The notes below the pieces were generated by a model, which was not told where the DNA came from, searched no databases, and was given only the letters and a program-made list of their open reading frames with translations. Positions 8,197 to 15,336 of a stretch of DNA of 64,000 nucleotides are shown here, piece after piece (the stretch's first letter is position 1; each line of letters starts with the position of its first letter). The translations under genes were made by a program, and so were the position numbers. The stretch covers positions 35 through 64,034 of the forward strand of contig JAUSNB010000015.1 in assembly GCA_030645615.1 (NCBI GenBank), in the 5' to 3' direction. Source of the DNA: Actinomycetota bacterium (GTDB lineage: Bacteria > Actinomycetota > Actinomycetes > S36-B12).

Positions 8197-8772
8197 CTAG
8201 GTCTCCCAGTACTGGATGGTGACCTTCGTAATCGCGTCGCCGACCTTGATCCGGTAGTCGTACGTGCCGTCGCACCACGTGCCGTTCTGGCACCAGGGGT
8301 CGAGGAAGAGCTTGGCGGAGCCGTCCGAGGCCCGGGTGATCCACTCGGTGTTCCACTCGCCGTCCTGCATGAACTGCAGGTACACCATCGGCGTCTCGCC
8401 CTGCGGGACCGTTACGAGGATCCTCGGTACCTCGCCGCCCGGGTAGTCCGCTGCCCGGAAGGTACGGTCGCCTCCGCGCACGTCGTCGCTCCAGACCCAC
8501 GAGTAGTCCGCCCGGGCGCCCTTCTTCTCGGTCGAGCCACTCATGCCCGTCGTCGCCACGGTGGCGGTGCCGGCGAGCATGACCAGGGCGGCCATCGCGG
8601 CGATCGTCGTTGCCAGTGTCGCCAGGGGATGGCGGCGGTAGGTGAGGCGGTACGTCCGCTCCGGCCGGCTCCACCGTCGCGTGCGCGTCGTGCCGTCGGG
8701 CAGGTAGTCGTTCACGCGCCGAAGGGGGTGGTACGAGTCCCGCCGCTCGTGCTGGCCTTCGTATGCGCTCAT
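8197..8772 (-). CDS. hypothetical single-pass membrane protein
   Basis: Basic cytoplasmic N-terminus, TM LATLATTIAAMAALVMLAGTA, and a Trp/Cys-containing ectodomain. High GC3 and a CAGGAGG RBS. The stop lies 3 nt before the GGDEF gene start. Confidence 0.55.
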   Translation of the reverse strand: MSAYEGQHERRDSYHPLRRVNDYLPDGTTRTRRWSRPERTYRLTYRRHPLATLATTIAAMAALVMLAGTATVATTGMSGSTEKKGARADYSWVWSDDVRGGDRTFRAADYPGGEVPRILVTVPQGETPMVYLQFMQDGEWNTEWITRASDGSAKLFLDPWCQNGTWCDGTYDYRIKVGDAITKVTIQYWET

Positions 8773-8901
8773 CGGACCTCCTGACCGCGCGTCCTGGCCT
8801 GGTGCCGGTGTCTGCGTTCAGTTCGACGCTAGAGGCCGATCCCGGCCTATCCGGGTGCCGAGAATCGGTTCATCCGGGACCATCCCTGCGCGGGGCCTCG
8901 A

Positions 8902-10473
8902 TCAGGGGCGCTTCTTGACCAGGGTGCCCAGCCCGAACTGGTCGAAGTGCTCGATCGTCACCGTCCCGGCATCGGGGCGGAAGTCGACGGCCGACCGTCC
9001 GAGCCCACCCTCGCCTGGCATGCGGTAGGAGAAGCGGTTGCCGCCCCAGGCGGTCAATGGGAAGGCCATCGACTGAGGGCCGAGAAGGAGGACCAGCCGG
9101 TTCCCGCGACGCACGACGCGGGCATCGCCCACGTACTCGTTGGTGTAGGTGCCGACGTATGCGGCGAGCGGGCGGGCGGGCGTCGCTCCCGGCGGCGGCG
9201 TGCGGCCGGCGAGCATCGTCCGGTCGACCAGGATCGGCGCGAATGCCTGCGCGTAAACCTCGAACCAGTCCCGCTGGAGGGCCCCGGTCTCGGCGATGTC
9301 GAAGAACGAGGCGGCGACCGCCTCGGACTCCCCACGCGGCAGCCCGTTGGACAGGACCACGATGCCGAGGTCGGCCGCAGGCGCCATGTCGACGATCGTC
9401 CCCGCGCCCGCGTAGAACGCTCCACTGTGGCTCCAGCGGACGTGCCCCGTCCCGTCGACTCCCGTGCCGATGCCGTAGCCATACAGCCCTGGGCGCGCGG
9501 TCGGGTCGGTCGGAGGCGCGCTCACCGAATGCGGCTGCCGCATGACCTGGAGCACCGCGGGATCGATCAGCTGGCGGCCATCGATGGTCCCGTCGCCCAG
9601 TTGCAGCAGCATCCACCGGGCCATGTCGTGGGCCGTCGAGCTCAATCCCCCGGCAGGTGCCTCAGGGTCGCCGTCGAGCGACTCCAGGTGCTGCCACACG
9701 CCGTTGACCGGCCGGTGCGTGAGCGCCTTGTTCGGCGAGCGGTTGTAGTCGGCGAAGCGGTATGACGACGACGTCATGCCTGCCGGCGTGAACAGGAGCC
9801 GGTCGGCGAAGTTCGCCCACGTGCTGTTCGCCGCCGCCGCGACCGCCTCGCCGCCGGCCGTCAGGCCGAAGTTCGTGTAGTCGTACCCTTCCCGGAACGG
9901 CGACAGCGGCAGGAACCGCAGCCGGTCGAGGATGTACTCCTGCTGGTAGCCGATGCTCTCCAGGTCGTCGCCCGCGTGGTCGGGCAGCCCGCTGCGATGG
10001 GCGTACATGTCGCCGATCGTCACGTTCCTCGTGGCGTACGCGGAGTCGAGGGCGAAGCCCGGCAGGTACCGCCGGATGGGGTCATTCCATCGCACGAGGC
10101 CCTGCGACACGGCCCGCGAGATGACCGTCGCACCGACCGGCTTGGAGACGCTGGCCATCTGGAAGACGGTGTCCGCGTCGACGGGGAGGCCGCTGCCGGC
10201 CACGCGCTCGCCGTACCCGGCGGCCAGGAGGACCTTGCCGTGGGAGACGACCGCGACGGCCATGCCGGGCACCCCCGCTCGCGCGCGGGCGGTGGCGACG
10301 AGGCCCGGCACGGCCGCGACGGCCCGGGCGACGTTGGCGTCGGTGATGTCGATGGCGGTCCAGGTCGACGGGCCCGTGTCGGTCGTCTCGGCACGGGCGG
10401 CCTGGCCCCCCATCAGGCCAGCGACAATGGCGAGCGCCGCCGCGACGGGCAGTAGGCGTGATCGCAGTCTCAT
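8902..10473 (-). CDS. secreted serine hydrolase (beta-lactamase/PBP4-like family)
   Basis: Signal peptide MRLRSRLLPVAAALAIVAG; SxxK motif (ASVSK); YxN (YTN). GGAGG RBS before the ATG at 10473. Confidence 0.8.
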   Translation of the reverse strand: MRLRSRLLPVAAALAIVAGLMGGQAARAETTDTGPSTWTAIDITDANVARAVAAVPGLVATARARAGVPGMAVAVVSHGKVLLAAGYGERVAGSGLPVDADTVFQMASVSKPVGATVISRAVSQGLVRWNDPIRRYLPGFALDSAYATRNVTIGDMYAHRSGLPDHAGDDLESIGYQQEYILDRLRFLPLSPFREGYDYTNFGLTAGGEAVAAAANSTWANFADRLLFTPAGMTSSSYRFADYNRSPNKALTHRPVNGVWQHLESLDGDPEAPAGGLSSTAHDMARWMLLQLGDGTIDGRQLIDPAVLQVMRQPHSVSAPPTDPTARPGLYGYGIGTGVDGTGHVRWSHSGAFYAGAGTIVDMAPAADLGIVVLSNGLPRGESEAVAASFFDIAETGALQRDWFEVYAQAFAPILVDRTMLAGRTPPPGATPARPLAAYVGTYTNEYVGDARVVRRGNRLVLLLGPQSMAFPLTAWGGNRFSYRMPGEGGLGRSAVDFRPDAGTVTIEHFDQFGLGTLVKKRP

Positions 10474-10515
10474 GGCGGGCAACCTCCGGCTCGATGGCTG
10501 CCCGTCATTGTGGCA

Positions 10516-10538
10516 CCACCTCCACCGGGCGCAGGTGG
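10516..10538 (-). terminator. weak stem-loop immediately after the DUF3263 stop
   Basis: CCACCT-11 nt-AGGTGG, abutting the TAG at 10539..10541. Confidence 0.25.
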
Positions 10539-10763
10539 CTAGCCGACGGACTGCCGGGTGCGCACTGACCGAAGCCGCCGGTAGCGGTGCACGGTCGCGG
10601 GCGCATGCGCGAAGGCCTCCGGGTCGTCCAGCAGCTCGTCAAGCAACTGGTAGTAGCGGGATGACTCGAGCCCGAAGTGCTGGCGGATGGCCTGGTCCTT
10701 GTTGCCGTGGTACCGCCACGGCTGCCGCTCGAAGTCGAGAATGGCACGCTGAACTGTGGTCAA
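10539..10763 (-). CDS. DUF3263 domain protein
   Basis: LTTVQRAILDFERQPWRYHGNKDQAIRQHFGLESSRYYQLLDELLDDPEA...RYRRLR matches the DUF3263 pattern. TTG start chosen because the longer ORF extension (to 10856) has poor GC3 and contains a perfect hairpin. Confidence 0.65.
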   Translation of the reverse strand: MTTVQRAILDFERQPWRYHGNKDQAIRQHFGLESSRYYQLLDELLDDPEAFAHAPATVHRYRRLRSVRTRQSVG

Positions 10764-10809
10764 GGTCGGATTCCCTGCCGGACATGTCGTGGGGTGATGG
10801 GATGGGCAG

Positions 10810-10850
10810 GCTGGGTCCTCGGGAGTCTTGGGGTATCCCGAGGACCCAGC
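10810..10850. other. perfect 15-bp-stem inverted repeat (hairpin)
   Basis: GCTGGGTCCTCGGGA-gtcttggggta-TCCCGAGGACCCAGC, read directly from the sequence. Confidence 0.9.
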
Positions 10851-10942
10851 CACCATGCTCGGGTGCCGGAGATGTGCCCTCGTGACGCCCGGGGCGAACG
10901 TATGGGCGGCCGGCGGCCCGCGGGAATACCTACTGGCGAGTT

Positions 10943-11197
10943 GTGTCGCGGATCACGATCACGATCCGGTTACCGATCCGCCCGCGGTCGACGTCCGCGG
11001 CCAGCGTCCGCGGGATGGAGCCCAGGCACACGTTCGAGTGGGACGTGCTCAACCAGCCGAGCCTGCCGGCCTGGTTCGACCGGCTGCGTGCGGAGGGTTG
11101 GTTCCGCGATTCCGACATCCCTGGCGTGAAAGCGTCGACCGGCACCATCGTCTACGCCTTCCACTACCTCGGGGCTGCCGAGCAGAGGGGTGCCTGA
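10943..11197 (+). CDS. small hypothetical protein (start uncertain: GTG 10943 or ATG 11015)
   Basis: About 90% GC3 by eye across the frame. No family recognised. Weak RBS at both candidate starts. Confidence 0.35.
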   Translation: MSRITITIRLPIRPRSTSAASVRGMEPRHTFEWDVLNQPSLPAWFDRLRAEGWFRDSDIPGVKASTGTIVYAFHYLGAAEQRGA

Positions 11198-11225
11198 CCC
11201 GTTCGCATGATCCGGCGATCCCGCC

Positions 11226-13445
11226 TCAGGACGAGGCTGGTTCCTCCCTCGGGGCGATCCGCAGCTTCACGTAGCGCACCTCTCCGCCGGTGGTGCTGTC
11301 GACGCCCACCAACGCCACCGGGTACACGCCGGCCCGGGTGAAGGAGACGACCGGCAGGTCCGCCAGCCCGTCCTCGTCAGCGGTGATGCTCGCGAGGTCG
11401 ACGTACGTGCCGCGCATCTTGACGCGCACTTCGTACGTGGCGTCCGGCTCCAGGCCGCGCACCCGCAGCGACACCGGCTCCCCGGCCGCTCCCTTGACGA
11501 TCGGTGCCGCGGCGAGGGAATCGCCGACGGGCTTGCGCATCGTGCGCAGGGTGGCGTCGTCGACCTCGTCCTCGCTGGCGAGCCAGAGCCCCGGGGCGAC
11601 GGGCACGGGGTCCGGCCCGTACAGCACCTCGTCAAGCGTCGATGCGCCACCGCCCGACGACGTGCCACCAGTCCCCTCCGCACTCACGGTGATCGTGATC
11701 GTCGCGGTTGCCGAGCCACCGGCCGATCCGCTTGCCGTGACGGTGAACCGAGTCGCCGGCTGAGTCGCGGTGGGCGTGCCGCTCACGACGCCGGTGCTCG
11801 CATTCAGCGACAGCCCGGCAGGCAGGGCCGGCGAGATGCGGAAGGTCCGCGTGCCTGAGAGCCCGGTCGAGGAATACGAGCGGGTCGCGGTGATCGCCGT
11901 GCCGACGCTCGCGGCGACCGTCTGCGTCGACGGCGTGAGGGTGGCCGCCGACACCGTGATCGTGACCGTCGCCGTGGCCGAGCCGGCGTCCGAGCCGGTT
12001 GCGGTCAGCGTGTAGCGGGTGGCGGACTGCACCGCGGACGGCGTTCCCGAGACCACGCCGGTGGTGGTGTCGAGGGCAAGGCCCGCGGGCAGGGCCGGCG
12101 AGACGGTGTATGCCTTCGTGCCGACGATGCCCGTCGACGTGAAGGTACGGGTCGACGTGATCGCGGAGTTGACGGTGGCAGAGACGGTCTGCGTCGATGG
12201 CGACAGCGATGCGGCGGCAACCGTGATGGTCACCGTTGCCGTGGCGGTGCCCGACGGGGTGCCCGTGCCGGTGATCGTCACGGCACCCGCCGACTGGGAT
12301 GCCGTAGGCGTGCCCGAGACCACGCCGGTCGACGTGTCCAGGCTTAGGCCCGCCGGCAGCGTCCCCGACGTGACGGCGTACGTCACCGGAGCCGTCAGCC
12401 CCGTCGGCGTGAACGCCGTTGTCGAGGTGATGGCGGTATTGACGGTGGCGGACACCGTCTGCGTCGACGGGGAGAGTGACGCGGCAGCCGTGACGGTGAA
12501 CGAGATGGTCGCCGTGGCGGTCAGGGCCGTTCCCGCAGTGGAGTCCGTCGCGGTGATCGTCACCGACGACGCCGACTGCACGGCGGTCGGCGTTCCCGAC
12601 ACCACGCCCGTTGCCGAGTCCAGGCTCAGCCCGGACGGCAGCGTCCCCGACGTGACGGCGTAGGTCACCGGAGCCGACAGTCCCGTCGGGGTGAGCGCCG
12701 TGGTCGCGGTCATCGCGGCGTTCACGGCCGACGACACCGTCTGGGACGACGGTGCGATGGACTCCGCACGAATGGTGAACGTGATCGTCGCAGTGGCGGT
12801 TCCGGTGCCCGAGCCCGTGGCGGTGATGGTGACCGCGGCCGCGGACTGCGCAGCGGTCGGCGTACCGGACACCACGCCGGTCGACGCGCTCAGCGAGAGG
12901 CCGGCCGGGAGCGTCCCCGACGTGACGGCGTAGGTCGCCGTCCCGACGATGCCGCTCGTGGTGAAGGCCGTCGTCGCCGTCAGCGCCGCGTTCACCGCAC
13001 CCGTCACCGACTGGGTCGCCGGCGAGAGCGAGGCGGCAGCCACCGTGAGGCTGACCGTTGCAGTCGCCGTGAGCGGCGTCACCGCAGTGGAGTCGGTCGC
13101 GGTGATGGTCACGGTCGCGGCCGGGTCCTGCACGGCCGTCGGCGTCCCGAAGACCACGCCGGTGGTGGTGTTCAGGCTCAGCCCGGCGGGCAGGGTTCCG
13201 GAGGTGACCGCGTACGTGACGGGGGCGGTCATGTCCGCGGGGGTGTACGAGGTCGTCGGCGTGATGGCCGTGTTGATGGTGCCGGACACGGCCTGGCTGG
13301 CGGGCGTGATGGCTGCAGCGGCACTGGCCGGGGATGCGCCCGCGAGGACCCCGCCGAGCAGCGCGCCGGGCAGGACCACGAGCCCGGTGAGCACGCGGGC
13401 CAGCTGCCCCGCCGCCCGTCGGCTCGCCCTGCGCTCGTTCGACAC
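11226..13445 (-). CDS. secreted surface protein with six tandem Ig-like (He_PIG / cadherin-like) repeats
   Basis: N-terminal signal with an SRRAAG (Tat-like) motif and ASA cleavage site. Six repeats of about 90 aa each carry Y(A/T)V(T)SG(T)LPAGLSL...TGVVSGTPTA. Unique C-terminal domain of about 150 aa. Confidence 0.8.
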   Translation of the reverse strand: MSNERRASRRAAGQLARVLTGLVVLPGALLGGVLAGASPASAAAAITPASQAVSGTINTAITPTTSYTPADMTAPVTYAVTSGTLPAGLSLNTTTGVVFGTPTAVQDPAATVTITATDSTAVTPLTATATVSLTVAAASLSPATQSVTGAVNAALTATTAFTTSGIVGTATYAVTSGTLPAGLSLSASTGVVSGTPTAAQSAAAVTITATGSGTGTATATITFTIRAESIAPSSQTVSSAVNAAMTATTALTPTGLSAPVTYAVTSGTLPSGLSLDSATGVVSGTPTAVQSASSVTITATDSTAGTALTATATISFTVTAAASLSPSTQTVSATVNTAITSTTAFTPTGLTAPVTYAVTSGTLPAGLSLDTSTGVVSGTPTASQSAGAVTITGTGTPSGTATATVTITVAAASLSPSTQTVSATVNSAITSTRTFTSTGIVGTKAYTVSPALPAGLALDTTTGVVSGTPSAVQSATRYTLTATGSDAGSATATVTITVSAATLTPSTQTVAASVGTAITATRSYSSTGLSGTRTFRISPALPAGLSLNASTGVVSGTPTATQPATRFTVTASGSAGGSATATITITVSAEGTGGTSSGGGASTLDEVLYGPDPVPVAPGLWLASEDEVDDATLRTMRKPVGDSLAAAPIVKGAAGEPVSLRVRGLEPDATYEVRVKMRGTYVDLASITADEDGLADLPVVSFTRAGVYPVALVGVDSTTGGEVRYVKLRIAPREEPASS
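11679..13316 (-). repeat. six in-frame tandem repeats (about 270 bp each) inside the surface-protein gene
   Basis: Protein residues 44-589 split into units of 94, 90, 94, 90, 89 and 89 aa with a conserved core. Coordinates were derived from codon counting. Confidence 0.8.
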
Positions 13446-13666
13446 CGCAACCCCACTGCCCGAATCGCGCCCCCGGCCACTCCCACGTGCCCGGCCAGCG
13501 CCTACGACGTCAGTAGAACATGGGGGCCCGGGACCATGCCACGGGTGCTGCCCGTGCGAGGCATCCGCGACTCGCCCGTCAATCGGCCCGGGACATGGCC
13601 GTTCGTCACTATCGTTCCGGCTAGGAGCCCAGCCCGTGGGCCTCCGTGAGCGGTCGGGAGATCTCG

Positions 13667-13918
13667 ATGAGTGACCAGGTTGCCAAGCCAGACGGCAAGC
13701 GGCTCGGCGGCGGGGTGATCGCCTCGCTCGTGGGCCTGGGCGTCCTCGTCGTCTTCGTCCTGCAGAACCGCGAGGACGTCACGTTCACGTTCTTGTTCCT
13801 TGAGTTCACCTGGCCGATGTGGCTGTACACGATCGTCATCGCGGTCGTCGGAGCGCTCATCTGGTTCGGCCTCGGCGTCATGCGGCGACACCGTCGTCGC
13901 CAGGCCCGTCGCGACTAG
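13667..13918 (+). CDS. LapA/DUF1049 family small membrane protein
   Basis: MSDQVAKPDGKRLGGGVIASLVGLGVLVVFVLQNREDVTFTFLFLEFTWPMWLYTIVIAVVGALIWFGLG. GGGAG RBS. Confidence 0.65.
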   Translation: MSDQVAKPDGKRLGGGVIASLVGLGVLVVFVLQNREDVTFTFLFLEFTWPMWLYTIVIAVVGALIWFGLGVMRRHRRRQARRD

Positions 13919-13921
13919 CGC

Positions 13922-15184
13922 CTAGCCCGTCCGACCCAGCGGGGCGGCGACGGCGATGTTCGGCTGGTCGCCCGCCAGGTAGTAGCCCGTGACGTCGACC
14001 GTCAGGTCCGTTGCTCCTGCCGACGTCGTCAGCACGATCGTGCCGTCCGACGCGACCGGCACGATGGCCGTCCCTTGGCCGCGGCCGTTCATCGCAACCT
14101 TGACGACGGGCAGTTCCGTGCCCTTCGGCATGCGCACGCCGATCGTCGCAGGCGCCGTCGACCCGAGCGCGGTGACCGTCACCGCGACGGCGACGACTCC
14201 CTCTGCCGGGACGCTGCCCTGGCCCGCCACCATCGTGCGCACGCCGCCGCTGTCGCCGCGCCAACCCGAGGCCTGCAGCCGGCATGGGTCCTTGGGCACC
14301 GGCGTGGCAGAAGGCATCGGCAGCGGGTCCTCGCGCTGGCCGTCCCAGCCATCGCCCCAGTCCCCCCAATCCCCCCAGTCCCCCCACCCGGGGTCGAAGC
14401 CGGTCGCCACCCCCACGCCCGCGCGCGTGGCGAGGACCCGCGTCGGGGCGACCGCGACGATGTCGGCCGCCCGCCCGCCGGCAACCGCGTCGGCGCTGCT
14501 GCGCCCCGAGGGACAGAAGCCCGGCAGGACCGTGCCGTCCCACAAGGACGTGCGACCGCTGGCCCCGTCCCACGTCAAGGAGACGTGGATGTGGTTGCGA
14601 TGGCATGACGTGTCATTGCCCGACTTCGGATCCGAGAGGCAGTTGTCCAGCTCGGTCCAGCCACGCTCCGGTGCGTAGGCAGCCCAGAAGCGGTTGTTCC
14701 ACCCGATGTACATGATGCCCAGCCGGGTGGCGTTGCCGTGCGGCGTGCCGGCCTTGTCCGGCCCGACCAGCCAGGCCAGGAAGGCCTTCGCGTTGGCCTT
14801 GCCCTGCCGGCTGCGCACGCTGGTCATCCAGTCCAGGGCGCGGCCGTCCTTGTGCTCGCTGGTTCCGCCCACGCCGCACCCTCGCGACGTGCCGATCGCC
14901 TGGCCCTGCCCGTACGTCCGCTTGATCAGCCGGACGAGGGAAGCGGTGCCGGGCCACGGCGTGGAGTGGCACGTGCGCTGGGCCTCGTAGCTCGCCGGGG
15001 CGTCGTACTCCGCCGGGAGCGCTCGGGTGATGACCGGGGCCTTAGCCGACGGATACGACGTGCTCGTCGCGCCGGGTTCCCCGACGGTCGTGGGGGATGC
15101 GGGTGCGGCGAGCGCCACGGCGACGGCGAGCGCCGCACTCGTCGCGAAGATGGGGCGAGCATGGCCGAGCCAGCGAAGCGTCAT
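13922..15184 (-). CDS. secreted LAS-type zinc peptidase-like cell-wall hydrolase with C-terminal beta-sandwich domain
   Basis: Signal peptide MTLRWLGHARPIFATSAALAVAVALAAPA. H-x6-D (SEHKDGRALD) plus HxH (HRNHIHVS) is arranged as in D-Ala-D-Ala/LAS peptidases. GDW repeat linker. GGAGAAGGG RBS. Confidence 0.6.
   Translation of the reverse strand: MTLRWLGHARPIFATSAALAVAVALAAPASPTTVGEPGATSTSYPSAKAPVITRALPAEYDAPASYEAQRTCHSTPWPGTASLVRLIKRTYGQGQAIGTSRGCGVGGTSEHKDGRALDWMTSVRSRQGKANAKAFLAWLVGPDKAGTPHGNATRLGIMYIGWNNRFWAAYAPERGWTELDNCLSDPKSGNDTSCHRNHIHVSLTWDGASGRTSLWDGTVLPGFCPSGRSSADAVAGGRAADIVAVAPTRVLATRAGVGVATGFDPGWGDWGDWGDWGDGWDGQREDPLPMPSATPVPKDPCRLQASGWRGDSGGVRTMVAGQGSVPAEGVVAVAVTVTALGSTAPATIGVRMPKGTELPVVKVAMNGRGQGTAIVPVASDGTIVLTTSAGATDLTVDVTGYYLAGDQPNIAVAAPLGRTG
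14344..14392 (-). repeat. short in-frame 9-nt repeat encoding GWGDWGDWGDWGDGWDG
   Basis: The plus strand reads cccagccatcgccccagtccccccaatccccccagtccccccaccc. It lies between the catalytic and C-terminal domains of the hydrolase. Confidence 0.7.
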
Positions 15185-15336
15185 CGATAACCCTTCTCCT
15201 GCAGGTGAGGAGTTGGCGTTCCCTATAGGCGTATCGGCTCGTCGCTGCGCAGTACTCCGGTTCGTCCGTCCCCCGTACCCTTCGACCCTACGTCTTCGGC
15301 GCCCGGAGACCAGTACGGGCGGTGTATAACGACCCG

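Noticed and set aside
10764-10856. N-terminal extension of the DUF3263 ORF (MVAGSSGYPKTPEDPACPSHHPTTCPAGNPT).
   Set aside because: GC3 is about 69% versus about 90% in the conserved part. There is no homology to the DUF3263 pattern, and the segment contains the perfect 15-bp hairpin. It is treated as leader.
11679-13316. The tandem repeats as a CRISPR array or other non-coding repeat.
   Set aside because: The units are about 270 bp, in frame, and diverged at the nucleotide level. They encode a coherent Ig-like domain inside one long ORF, with no short direct repeat plus spacer architecture.
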